This document shows positions 1 to 12,154 of a stretch of DNA of 64,000 bases, piece after piece (the stretch's first letter is position 1; each line of letters starts with the position of its first letter). The stretch comes from Sphaerodactylus townsendi (lineage: Eukaryota). Position numbers and translations under genes: made by a program. The notes below the pieces were generated by a model, which saw only the letters and a program-made list of their open reading frames with translations, did not search any database and was not told where the DNA came from. The stretch covers positions 54,188,001 to 54,252,000 of the forward strand of contig NC_059432.1 in assembly GCF_021028975.2 (NCBI RefSeq), given 5' to 3'.

Positions 1-773
1 TTACGCAGCCCTATGTTTGGAACTTGGATAAAATTCCTTGGAACTTAAATCTTGGTTTAGAGCCTTTAGATTTTGGCTGCATCTTCACTATCTTCCATCT
101 GATCATTCCCTTGTTTCCTTAATATTTTCGGACACACAGGTTAATCCCTGGTTTTCTCTGATTGAAAAGAAAATTGTATATATTGGATTGTCTCTTGAAC
201 CACTCTCTTTCCTGTTCTGAAGAGTACAAACTACTCAAAGGCCAGCTCTTAGATTGGAAATTTGCAGAATTATATCTAGCAGCTAAACAAACTTGCTCTC
301 CTACACAATTTCTAATTCCATTTGAGCAGGGTAGCATGGCCCATTACTTATAACCCCCGCTCAAGGAGAGCTTTCACAATTGCTAGATTTAATGGCATGC
401 CGTCTGCCCTACTAAATGGCAGGTTTAATAACCTAGAAAACTCTAAAAGGTTATGTAGCTGTAATACCAACGTAGTTGAAACACTGGCTCACCAGCTATT
501 ACATTGCACCAGATTTGCCAAAATTAGATCTAAATATCTAAATATCTCTACATCCTGTCTTCCAACTTGAGTTAACAGATTTGATTAGATTATTTCTCCT
601 GCTAAATAACTCTGATTCTGTTTTTTGTGAAGAGGTTGCAATGTTTGTTATGGAAATAATTCAGTAACAATATGTTGTATTTATCTGAGGTTACCTTTTT
701 TTTGCCTTACAAACCTTATTGTTTACTGTGTTTTGTTTTTGTTGTTCATGCCAATAAAGGTTTTGCTTTGCTT
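1..773 (+). mobile_element. 3' end of a non-LTR retrotransposon (RTE-X-like clade), degenerate
   Basis: Translates to YAALCLELG*NSLELKSWFRAFRFWLHL and RRAFTIARFN...RLCSCNTNVVETLAHQLLHC (C-terminal CCHC-type motif). AATAAA near 753 is followed by a (TTTGC)-type tail. Confidence 0.75.
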
Positions 774-901
774 ACATGCAGAATAATGCACTTTCAATCC
801 ACTTTCACAATTGTTTGCAAGTGAATTTTGCTATTTCACACAGTAAAATTCAGCTGCAAAGTGCATTGAAAGTGAACTATTCTGCATGTGCGGAAGGGGC
901 C
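774..901. mobile_element. PIF/Harbinger-like MITE, left end truncated by the LINE
   Basis: Ends in TGTGCGGAAGGGGCC. Same family as the complete copy at 21422-21562. Confidence 0.75.
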
Positions 902-930
902 ATAGTTATCCCTTTCTGATTTTATTCCCA

Positions 931-1235
931 GAAGAAGAAGAGAAGAGTTTGGCTTTATATCCCCCCTTTCTCTCCTGCAGGAGACTCAAAGGGGCTTACA
1001 ATCTCCTTGCCCTTCCCCCCTCACAACAAACACCCTGTGAGGTAGGTGGGACTGAGAGAGCTCCAAGAAGCTGTGACTAGCCCAAGGTCACCCAGCTGGT
1101 GTGTGTGGGAGTGTACAGGCTAATCTGAATTCCCCAGATAAGCCTCCACAGCTCAGGCGGCAGAGCTGGGAATCAAACCCGGTTCCTCCAGATCAGAGTG
1201 CACCTGCTCTTAACCTCCTACTCCACTGCTGCTCC
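931..1235 (-). mobile_element. tRNA-derived squamate SINE (Squam3-like)
   Basis: Minus strand has A-box-like TGGAGTAGGAGG and B-box GGTTTGATTCCC, and ends in a (CTT)n tail. Related copies at 2690, 27151 and 37333. Confidence 0.85.
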
Positions 1236-2689
1236 TTATGAAGATTGCAAGTGGCTTTGAAACTGGGTTACTTAATTGATTACTGATTCTATTTTTAACT
1301 CGATCAGACCTTGAATTGCACATTCATCACTTGAACTATTGTTGCTTGATGACTCACAGTTAACTGTGACTGCCTGTTTAGAAAAGCATCATGGGGTCAA
1401 TCACAGGTTGAGCTGGGTTGGTTTTTTTTTTTTTTAGTCTTCAAGCATTGACCATGCCTGAAATCAGCTGCATTTTAAGGAATCTACTAGGTTGGTAGGT
1501 AAACATTCATTCTGTGAGGCCAAGGGCCATTACATTATAACAAAAAATAAATTCCTAGGCAATAATGAATATTTTAAGGATTCCTCTAGTGAAATATTTA
1601 GTGAAAAATTATTTATATCCAGTCTTTCCTTGTTGCTCAAGGCTTATCTTCTTACTTATGAAACTTACTTACTTATTAAAAAGCTTCCAAGGAAACTGAG
1701 GATATATCAGAGCCTGGATTAAAAACCACTTTTTAAAATAGTTTTAACAAAACAAAAGAAGAACAACCCACCCACCCCAATATTTGTGGGGATGGAAAAT
1801 CCTGTCCAAACAACTTCCTTTTTTATACCACATTTCTCCTCTCACTCTCCGCTATCATTGTTTCTCCCATTCCCACCTCTTCCTTCCCTGCCACTATCTC
1901 CTCTTCCCTCCCCTCTGCTGCTGCCTTCTTTCTTTTCTTGGCCCTTCAGTTCCCTTGTCTCTTTCCTACTGAGCTGCCAGAATTGATGGACAACTTAGCT
2001 TTTAAGTTGTCTGTGTAACCTTCCCCCTTTTAAAAAAAGTTTGGGATTTTCAGAAACATGGGATTTCATTCAAATCTGTAGAACCATACTATAAGTACCA
2101 GGATCATAACAACATATACAAGATATGCAGTTCAGTTCCATTTAGGTAACTATAGTGATTAAATGGTTACTGTCTATTCAAAGAAAAGATCAATTGTTGC
2201 TGTTAATCATTCCTTGGACCATCTAGCCTGGTAGTTGAGTCTGCAATATATGTATGATTCATTGAAATTAAGTATAAACTGGAGACCTGATGTGTCACCA
2301 TTTTAAGTAATTATTATCTTTCATAGGAATTCCCACATGATAAAACCATTCTCGTCCCTTCTACATTAAATGGTTGAATAAATCAGATCTGGGAGATAGT
2401 CAGGTCTTGAGCAACAGAAACTTGTGTGCACATGATTCCTTCTGGCTATAAAAACTCCAGCCAAGATGCAAAATTTAAGATCCAATAGTGAGGGCAGAAA
2501 GATATCCAGTTTATACTGAGAGTGAATGCAACATATGCTGAAAAATGAAATATTCTAATAGTCACAGAAGGACTGTTGAAACTTAGATCATTTCCAAATG
2601 GGCCAAGCCCCCTCAGATGTATGCATTTGATGTAATGGTCCAGAAGCATGCCATGGTTGACAACACTGAATGTCACTGAGAGGGCCAAC

Positions 2690-2886
2690 TCTTCCTCTCC
2701 CCACAACAGACCTTGTGAGTTAGGTGGGGCTGATAGAGTTCTGAAGAACTGTGACTAGTTCAAGGTCACCCAGCAGGAATGTAGGAGTGTAGAAATATAT
2801 CTGATTTCACCAGATAAGCCTCTGCCACTCAGGTGGAAGAGTGAGGAATCAAAGTATTAGAATCTACCTGCTTTTAACCACTACAC
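2690..2886 (-). mobile_element. Partial tRNA-derived SINE, interrupted in its head by a hAT element
   Basis: Homologous to 931-1235 (TGTGACTAG..CAAGGTCACCCAGC). The head resumes after 3570. Confidence 0.75.
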
Positions 2887-3570
2887 CCAGGGTCTGCAAC
2901 CCATGGCGCCGGACGGCATGCGGCTCTTTCGTCCTTGTACTGTGGCTCTGCATGGCTTGGGTCCTCTCAGCCTCCTTCAGAGAGTTGCCCTAAGGGTTAA
3001 TGGGAAAGAGTCCCCGTTCCTAGAGAGTCCCCGTCCCAAGACGGCTATCCGAAGCCCCTTCCAGCTTCACTGTCCCAGCTGCCTGGTTGGCTGATGCCGG
3101 TGGTGACGGTGCGGGTTAGGGATGGAGCACCGCTGGTGGATCCTCTTGAACAGGTGAGCAGCGAAGGGCGGGAAACAGGAGGGAGTTGCAGGAGCGCAAA
3201 TTTTCAGTGCAATCCTAACCTCAGTCCACCCCCCCTTGAATGGGGGGGTCAGGGGTCGACCCTGCTTTGGGTGGCCTCATTTCCCCCTCCCCTGGGTCCT
3301 TAGAGGTCTGTTATTATTTTTTAAGCGTTCAAAATGTTCAAAATGTGTTCTTTTCATAAATAAAATATAATTTTCTCTATAGCACTTCATGGATTTCATA
3401 AGCAACACACTATAATTGTTTATACAAAGCGTAAAGGTAATTGTTTATACAAAGCGTACAGTGTTATCTTCATTTTAAATGTCAAAAAGTATTTGCGGCT
3501 TCCAGTGTTTTCTTTTCAATGGAAAACAGGTCTAAATGGCTCTTTGGGTGTTAAAGATTGCTGACCCCTG
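2887..3570. mobile_element. Non-autonomous hAT DNA transposon
   Basis: Termini CCAGGGTCTGCAAC ... ATTGCTGACCCCTG. 8-bp TSD CACTACAC at 2879-2886 and 3571-3578. Confidence 0.85.
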
Positions 3571-3899
3571 CACTACACTATGCTAGCTAGGTACTATAAA
3601 CAGCACTCCTGCTATCAAGAAGACACTGATCACTTCCATGATCCATCTGACCACACACCTCTCACAAGCACAAACCAAGAACAGCAGAGGCTGAGTAATG
3701 TTGTAAAATGCATTGACTAGGGTAAAATAAAATTATTTATTTTATTAATTTTTTTGGCACTCAGATGCGTTAAGCAAAAAAAAAAATAGAGGAAGAGGCA
3801 CCATTTCAATTGAGTCCAAAGGCAAATCTGGAAAAGAAATGTGGGGCAGGGGGTTTCCTTCAACTTTCTCAAGTCCATTTTACCTTAGGAAAACCTTGA

Positions 3900-4670
3900 G
3901 GGGCTCTAAGGAGGCTATGGTTTGAGGTATAGGCACCAAATTTGCAGTTGACTCTTCTTACAATAACACCTAGGTATGGGGAAGGGTGTCCAGGTTTAAG
4001 GAAGGGTGTCTAAAAAGAAGGTGCCTCCATTCAGTCTCCATTGTTTCCAACTGAGCAAAAATAGGGCCCATAAAGTTGAATCTCCTGACTCTATCTTCAC
4101 CAAACTTAGGGGTTCTTGTCAGGAGAGTCCCCAGGAGCTACGTTGCAAATTTGGTGCCTCTGCCTCAAAAAAACAGCCCCTACCCCGAGCCTGCAATTTT
4201 TCCCCCTTATCCTGAATTTTTTTTTCTCGTTCATTCTCAGTTCTAACATAATGTTATGTCAGTGGGGGATATTTGTGGGGCTGTTTTTCAAGATAGGGGC
4301 ACCAAAACTGCAGCATAATACAGTGAGCATTGGGACAGGGGATCCAATTTTATGAGTCTCCAAATGGAGAAAAAATGCAGACCCATAAAAATGGTCTCCA
4401 TGATCCAATTTTCACCAAACTTGGGGGTTCGTGTAAGGAGAGCCACCTGAAGCTACTACTGTTCACAGAAAGTAAATCTGTTGCCTCTAATTAAAAAAAA
4501 ACTGCCCACAGAGCCCCACAAAAATTTCCCATAGGGTTAACAGGCCCACAATTTTTTTGATATTTGAAAAAAGGTAGAGAAATTCCTATATTCTTTCAGA
4601 TTTTCTGAAAAGGTTTGAGTCTATTATACCTAAACGAAAAATTACCAGAAAAAAATTCAATGCACACTCA
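3900..4670. mobile_element. Degenerate internal part of the foldback hAT-like family seen at 41295-42313
   Basis: Repeated CACCAAACTT(A/G)GGGG, GCACCAAA and GGACCC-type motifs shared with the 41.3-kb element. Boundaries approximate. Confidence 0.5.
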
Positions 4671-5404
4671 CAGCATAACTGAAAATCATCCCACAAAATT
4701 GATCACACTGTGTTCCAGCAGCTGCACTATTGTTCACAGAAAGTGAATAGCAGAAAAATACATTTATGTTTCACTAAAGAGCTATCTGGAAATGTCATCT
4801 GAACAATCCAGGGATCAAGCTCCTCCTTAACATGATAAGCAGCAAGTGGTTACCCCTGGTAACATGCCTTCTCTTGTCAACCAAAATGTGCTGCAACGCC
4901 ATTGTAAGGATGCTATGCAACATGCTTCTGGAAAAGGTTGTGAGACAACAGATGCGAAAGACAGGTTTCTTTCTGTTCAGTCACTACAACAACATAAGTG
5001 CATTAAAAACGTTTAAATGGATTCATGCTTGCCAATAAAAATACTGCTTTTTCCAAAATGTGTGAGAATTACTTCTGTTCAACTCAGCATTTCATTGAAG
5101 ACTGCAGGTATCAATAATACATTTTGCAGATGTTAGATAAATTACATAGGAGGGTCCAGAAGAACTGTAAATATCAGAGTATCTTTGTTAACAAGAACAT
5201 CATGCAGGCCACAAGGAGGAAGAGAAAAATGACTACAGACAAGTTTGGCTGGAAATTGAATTAATGCCACAAAAGATTCATATACAAAACATGTTGCAGG
5301 ATTAACCCATTTTCCTCTAAACAGGCCTTAACATGGAAAAAATAAACACCCAGCATGGTTCTAGCTGACATACCTATACTTTTACTATTAAAATCTGGTC
5401 AGGG

Positions 5405-5499
5405 AATGGCCCCTGGAATGCTCTCGCCAAACCCCCACAGGGGTGCGCGCCCGGTGCACTGCGCAGCCCCTCCCCGGTCCCCTTGGAGCTACACCTCTA
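5405..5499 (-). mobile_element. Truncated copy of the hAT MITE at 42972-43141
   Basis: CTTGGAGCTACACCTCT is the reverse complement of that element's left terminus AGAGGTGTAGCTCCAAG, and GCGCGCCC is shared. Confidence 0.65.
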
Positions 5500-5615
5500 A
5501 CAGAAAGTGAACTATTGTTCACAGAAAGTGAACAATTTCATTGTCTAGGGCAATACACACCCTCACACAAATCTAAACCAAACCTCTGATTCATCAAGGT
5601 CAATACTGTCTACTC

Positions 5616-5763
5616 CAGGGGTAGGGAACCTGCGGCTCTCCAGATGTTCAGGAACTACAATTCCCATCAGCCTCTGTCAGCATGGCCAATTGGCCATGCT
5701 GGTAGGGGATGATGGGAATTGTAGTTCCTGAACATCTGGAGAGCCGCAGGTTCCCTACCCCTG
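5616..5763. mobile_element. URR1-like palindromic hAT MITE (148 bp)
   Basis: Near-perfect hairpin CAGGGGTAGGGAACC...GGTTCCCTACCCCTG centred on GGCCAATTGGCC. 8-bp TSD GTCTACTC at 5608-5615 and 5764-5771. Confidence 0.92.
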
Positions 5764-8700
5764 GTCTACTCAGACTGGCAGTAATTGTTTAGTGCATCAG
5801 ATCAAGGTCTTTCACAACAAGTTCTTCTGACTCCGTATACTGTTTTGTCAGCTCTTCTGACTTCATATACTTCTACATAGTTGGTTTATTATGTACTTCT
5901 AATGATAGAATATCACATTTTAAAGCAATTGAAGCACTCAAGTGCACAGGCAAAACACCTCCACCCCCCCACCCCCCCAGTAGCGCCCTTCCCAATTTTT
6001 GGTGCTAGTTATATGGGATGTAGTTTCACAACTGTCACAAGTATTCTCTGGACAATCTATTGAAGCTATTAGTATAGAATAATACTAACATCCACTTCCA
6101 CATGCTGTGCCCTTTTATGTACTTCAGTTTTATTTTGCCCTTTTATGTTTAATTGAATAAAATCAACCATTCCCTGTGTTCTTCCTGTGTAAATGCAGCA
6201 ATGGAGTAATTTAAAAAGGATTGAAAACACTGAGGCCTGTCTGCCCTATTTTTTCATTTTGAATCTCTGTTCTGCCTCTCTCCTGCACTGTATTGCAAAC
6301 ACCAGCTTTCTGCTCATCCTTAGTTGCTTGTGGACATTAAATACCATTGTTGCGAAATTGAAGCTTGAGGGAGTACTTTGCAGAAAATAAAAGCAGCCTT
6401 CTAGTCTATTTGCACCCTAGGTATCTCTCAAAGCAAGATGGTGACTCTGTCAACCACAATTTATTGCCAATAGTAGCAAAGGGGCCATTTAAGCAGAGTT
6501 GGGGGGTGGGGGGTTAGCTCACAAGATCAGAATGCAATCATTGCCCAGTCACGCTCTAGATATAGAGGCTGCAGCTATGCCTGTTATTCTACACCGATCA
6601 ACAATGAGATCATATACTAGCAGTTTTGCCTAAGGCCTAAGAACCCCCTCTCCAGGGGCATGTAAACTAGCCGTAATCCAGTCTCCACCTTTGGAAGAAA
6701 AGGTAACTTTCAAGATGCTTTGAAGATAAGAGCAGAGAGACAAACATGATGACACAGGGTGCCTTGGATCATGGTAGTAGCAGAAACTAACTGGCAGTTA
6801 AAAAAAGCAAACAGCACAGTAGAAAGCAGAAAAGATAAGTGTACTTGTTATCACAATAATGGATTGAACTAAACTCCCAGATTTCTGGGGCAATAAAGAG
6901 GAACTTGCAAGTTTTCTGTAGAACCACCATTCTGAGAGGAGTCTTGGACTTTGGGAATGTCATTCATACATCAAGAACAAAATGTATTTGCCTTAATGCA
7001 TGCCCCCTCTCCTTCCACCTTTCTTCATTTAGTGTAAGCAAGCTGCTTCATGAGTTTTTTGTTGCCAAGATACCTTAAACATAGCAACAGCCTAATACAT
7101 GCTACGTAACAGAGCTATCTTTATGTTTAACTTACTGAACAGAATTGTTGTGGTTATAGCTGCTGTGCAGCTAAAAATAACACAGTCTTATTTGACAAAG
7201 GAGAAAGCACAGTCTCAGGGAGGCCTGGCAGAAAAGGGTGATTTTATAAGAAAAGCAATAGGCCGCTTACTCAACTGTTTGATACTCAGACCTAAGTACC
7301 TTTTTCTTACCCATTAGTTCCTCAGACTCACTCCTAGAGTTATTGTTATTTATTAGCATGCTCCAAATAAGTAATTTTGTCTTTGTGTGTGTTATTGCTG
7401 CACAGCTAAACGACAAGCCAATTGATACAGTTAGTTTATTAAATGTTGCACCACTTACCCATTTTAAATAACACCTGCTTTCTCACACACAGAGGATGTA
7501 ATTAAAAAGAAACTCAACATGTGCAGAACTAGAAACGGATACAAGAGAGAAAAATGAACATGGAATGAGATCATTATTATGATGTTATCAAAAATACACA
7601 ACAGAAGTCAACAAGTTGCTTGCAGAACCATAAGTTGAAGCAATGTCTGAAATGAAGGGATTGTGTCTGTTTTGCCTCCTGATTCCTCACACAATGAACC
7701 ATAAGCTTATACAATATCTTGTCTCAGAATATTATGAGAAGCAGTAGCATAAGGGGCAAACTAAAGTTAGAACACCAAAATTTAGATGGCACAGTGAACT
7801 GGAGATTGGCTAGAAGACTTTCCTAGACCAGAAAGTTTTTAATCTGTGAGAAGGATGTAAAGGAACGAGAGAGCAGGAGGTGCCTAAGTCAGAGGATTTC
7901 CAGCTTGTTCAGTCAAGAACAAATTGTGGTTTGTTTGCACTGTCTGAACGATCTCAAGAAAGAATGAAAATAAGATCCAAAAAGCCACGCTAGTTTGCTG
8001 AGAGGTGGTCTGCAGTTCATCCATTCAAATCTGACTACTGTGGTAATCAATCATCCTCTCTGCTGTTTTTGGAACACAAGGTATATCATAGGTCAGAGTC
8101 CAGCCCCAAATTTTAGGCATTTTGGTGACCAAGACACAAAGTTATTGCTCTGCCGGTTCAGGGATTCTGTGAAAGCCAGAAGTTTAAAATGAGGATGAAA
8201 TGCAGACATTTGGTCCCTTGAGTTATATCTAGAGGTGATGCCAGAGCAGAAGCAGGAAGCAAAACATGTGCATATCTGGTGTTGCCTCTTCCATTGAAAT
8301 ATAAGGGTAGGTGCTTGTATAAGGTGGAAACAAGGTCATGGAATAACTGCAAAAAATCACCTGTTAACCTGGTAAATATCAGTTACAAGTGATATGAAGT
8401 CACTCATATAGGATATATGCTTATACAGATCTAGTTTCAGAATATTCTAAATCTTCAGTCCAGGGCCCTTCCCCTCCTGAATAGGAGAAAGTGCACATCA
8501 GCACCAGCACCTTGGGGAGTGAAGGGATTGAACCAGCTCCGCACAGACACAAATCCAACAGAAGCAACTGCACAGAGTCCATGGCAAAGTTAAAAATGTT
8601 AGCACACATAATGGGTAAGTGCAACCTTAATTAATAATTGGCATTGCACAGCGGCTAAGTGAATACATTTTGCACTACAGAGGATGATCATTGGGCTGCT

Positions 8701-8959
8701 GGTTCAAATTTGGCCTCTGCCATGAACTAGCCATGAAGGGTTTTTAAGGCAGCAAATGGTTGGCAGGAAACTGACTTGTCAACTCCTCCCCTGGATACAT
8801 CCCTGGCTTGCCCCCACTATGCTGCCAGGGGTGCTGTATCTGGCACTGTGTTCCAGTGCCTGGAAGGGTAGCAGCAGCTACATGCAGGCTGAATTGCCTC
8901 TCCGTCAGAGCAGGTGCCCCAGTGAGGGCAAATCTGCTACGGTGGCCACATACCACTTC

Positions 8960-9720
8960 CACAGGTGGATTCAGTCCCCCCCTTTGAATGGGACCAGTAG
9001 GTTTTTTTTAAGATGGGCAATGTATGTCTTTATTTGCTAGCCCCAGACAACAATTGGCTGCTGCATTCTAAACCAGCTGCAGTTTCTGGGTTGTTTTTAT
9101 GGTCAACCCAATGTAGACCACATTACAGTAAAACAATAGCAAGATTACCATGGATTAATGGGGCCAGATCAGCTGAAAGGTAACACATGGTTAGTCAAAT
9201 GCACGTCACTCTTGCCCACTACATTGACTTGCTTTTCAAACAGCAAGATAGGTCCATGAGCACCCGCAAGCTCTTAACCTGCTTTGCAAGTGCCAATTCC
9301 ACTCCATCCAGTGGAAGCGGATTCAGTCCCTCTAAACCATCAGCCTTCCCAGCCAGAATCAGCTCTATCTTGTCTAGATTCAGGGGCAACTTGTGCTGTC
9401 TTAGGCACTTTACCAGAACTTGAAGGTCTGGTTCAGAGTTGAGACAGAGGCATTTGGAAGCTTTGATAATGAGACACAGAGCTAGGTGTCATCTGCATAT
9501 GCTTCAAGCTCCATGCATTGCCATTCAGCAATCTCATGTAAATATTGAAGAGCAATGAAATCTTGAGGCATTCTCCAAGACATATCCCAACCAGCTGATT
9601 TCACTTGTCTGGGAGAAACTCTTTGTGTCTGATCTGACAAGAAAAAATGCAGCTAGTGAACAGTCTCTAACACCAACCCCATTTTCCCAATGGATTGACT
9701 GTCTAACCAGGATGTAAAAC
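8960..9720 (-). mobile_element. Old L2-like LINE fragment
   Basis: Degenerate similarity to the L2 RT/3' region at 30.6-33 kb (for example CAGGTTAAGAGCTTGCGGGTGCTCATGGAC and GCAGATGACACCTAGC on the minus strand). Boundaries approximate. Confidence 0.55.
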
Positions 9721-10311
9721 TGTGGTTTGAGAAGTTGATTTGGTAACCCCAGTTAGTCCTAACTATTGTTTTGTGAGATCTACAAATATGGATGATCTAG
9801 CATGTTGCCCAGCACTATTCTCACCACAATGTAGGCCAGGATAGCAGCCAGATCTCTGCATAGGTGGGAAAAGTGCAGGTTATAAAACTAGCATTTGTGG
9901 AAGAAAACTGGCATTTAAATGGCTATAAAACTAGAATTCAGCTTGCATGCAAACTAAAATAAACCATGGTCTCACACTGTCTGAATCACTTTAAACACAG
10001 AACATGCTGTATCAATTCCGTATTATTATGCATCACTTTTGGTGGTTTGATCCAACTTAAAGTCCTCTAAAATTTTCAGTCAAATATGAAAAACAAAATG
10101 TTCAGGGCTATAAAGCTCAATGTGTAAGACAGACACTGATCTTATTCTGACAGCCAGTAGATCAATAATAAATATTTGCCATATAATTTTAGCTAGCTAT
10201 TGCAAATCTCATCTGGTATACCAGAAGTGATTCCGTGCAAACTTCTTGTGCTTTGAATCAACATTATTGTGTAAGGATTTCCTAGATTTTAGTGCCTTCA
10301 TACAAATGTAT

Positions 10312-10481
10312 TCAGTAGCTGAAGGTTGGAGTCCTTCTCTGTCCTCCCCAGTGAGTCCGCTGTATGTGCCTTTTTGAATGTTGGTGAGTTCTATATAATG
10401 GCTGCCCACCATAATGTCTTTGCTGAGCATGGAGACTTCCTGAATGCAGCCATGTTGGATAAGTGTCACCCCTCTGAATTC
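10312..10481 (-). CDS. VWA2: VWA2 last coding exon (C-terminal tail with RGD; stop TGA)
   Basis: Acceptor TTTTTTATAG, phase 1. Reads RIQRGDTYPTWLHSG...TPTFSY*, resembling the RILRGDAP tail of mouse AMACO as I recall it. Confidence 0.85.
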
Positions 10482-11417
10482 CTATAAAAAACATGAAGGG
10501 AATTATTGGTTATCAAAGCAATAATCAACGCTTGGTCTTTCTTAACAATGAAATATCTTGTTGTCAGAGCAAATTGTATATTGCTTCATGTTATCTCTAG
10601 TCTACTTAGAACTTTGTACAGATCAGAATAATATTTTGTACCTATGCTGCTGATGTTTTTTTGGGGGGGGGGATGTGTTAGTATTAAGCTGTGTCGTCAT
10701 GGTTAGGATTCTCTTTGTTGCTTTAATGCACAGTTTTCTGAATGCACAGTTTTCTGTGTACTTTCCTCCATTTAAAAAAATTCCCCTTCCACATATTTTC
10801 TGTGGTGACTCCAGGTGACTTGTGCTTCCCCTTTTGTTCTTTTCTTCACACATAACATTTCTATTAATATTTAAAACAGAAAAATGGTAATAAGCCTCAA
10901 AAAGCCTCAAAAAGTTAGCATGGCAAGGAAAAACTGCTGGGAAAATTTCAGCTTCTATATGATAAAATCCTTTGTGCCTAACCCTCTCTTTCCTCTTGTA
11001 CCCACCATTTTACCCAAGTCCCCATTGTGGGAGAGCTTTAAAAGAATCAGCATCATTTTATAAAGAGCTACTAGTGGCTTAAAATAATAACAAAAAAACC
11101 CAGCAAAAAGCCTGCCAGTGACATGGTTGGTAGAGGTAGTAATGTGGATGGAGAGCTTCAACCGCACACACCCCGCCCTCGCCCCATCTCCTTGTTGCAA
11201 GACAGAGAAACCGGTGTTGACTATGATCTTTTTGGAAAGATAGAATCAAAGCAGCGGTTGGAAGAAATGGAATGAAGTGGGAGGGGGAAACATGGAAGGG
11301 AACAATTGTAGAACAACTAGAGGACATATTGTGTGGATTTTCTGAAAACCATCACTCCAGTTTGAGACCCAAAATGGAGAAAACACCCTAGTGGAAGAAA
11401 GCTGTAAGGAGTCCTAC

Positions 11418-11540
11418 TCTTTTCACAGTGAGGTCCTTCCCAGCCTCGGCACTGACATTGGTAGCTGCCATTTCCAGGAATGCATTCTCCATCATTCATG
11501 CAGGGGTTGGGCTTGCAGAGGCTCACTGGCCTTTTAGCCT
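11418..11540 (-). CDS. VWA2: VWA2 coding exon 12 (second EGF-like domain)
   Basis: EAKRPVSLCKPNPCMNDGECIPGNGSYQCQCRGWEGPHCEK. AG/GT boundaries, 123 nt. Confidence 0.95.
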
Positions 11541-12071
11541 CTGAAAGAGACAGAACAATAACAGCTCAGTAGCCCACACTGATGGTCATGCCACAAATCA
11601 AAAACTAATCAAAAACGAATTCTTCCTAATGCTACAGGGATGGCCATTTTATAGTTGTGGGGAAGCATTTAGGGCGAAGTCTGATTTTATTAGGAAAAAC
11701 TTTAATTCAAACAGCTATGTTTAATGAGGCCCACCAAAGTCTTCCATGGCTGTCCAGTCAGTTTTTAGTCAGTGGTGTAATTAGGGGGGGACATGAGGAA
11801 ACTGGAGCCCCTGACACCACTTGATGTACAGAGAAATGATCATAGATTCAGCTTTTTCCCGCCCTGTACTTCAAGTAGCACACACTCTTCCACACAGCTA
11901 TTAACGGCACCTGCTCCCTTTTGCATTCGAACACCCGACTCAAATTTTTTGGAGTTGGCAACTGACTAGGAAAAGTTACTAAAGTTACAAAGTTACTGAT
12001 TAAGACAGAACTGAGGATAAAGTGAGACTGCACTGATTACCCATAACATTTACTGTAATAATTAAATACCA

Positions 12072-12133
<62 letters not shown>
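12072..12133. repeat. Compound (CA)n(GA)n microsatellite
   Basis: Directly visible, about 20 nt from the exon 11 donor. Confidence 0.95.
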
Positions 12134-12137
<4 letters not shown>

Positions 12138-12154
12138 AAAGAAAAAAATCTTAC

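Noticed and set aside
931-1235. tRNA genes suggested by A/B boxes (also at 37333)
   Set aside because: These are SINE heads followed by a SINE body and tail, with no complete cloverleaf.
4455-5532. CRISPR-like repeat array
   Set aside because: Eukaryotic DNA, irregular spacing of hundreds of bp, and no cas genes.
1-10300. Terminal exons of AFAP1L2, the expected convergent neighbour
   Set aside because: No matching plus-strand coding exon was found. It presumably lies outside the window.
3700-10311. VWA2 poly(A) site
   Set aside because: There are several minus-strand AATAAA candidates (about 9029, 7435, 7349, 6460 and 3736), and sequence alone cannot choose among them.
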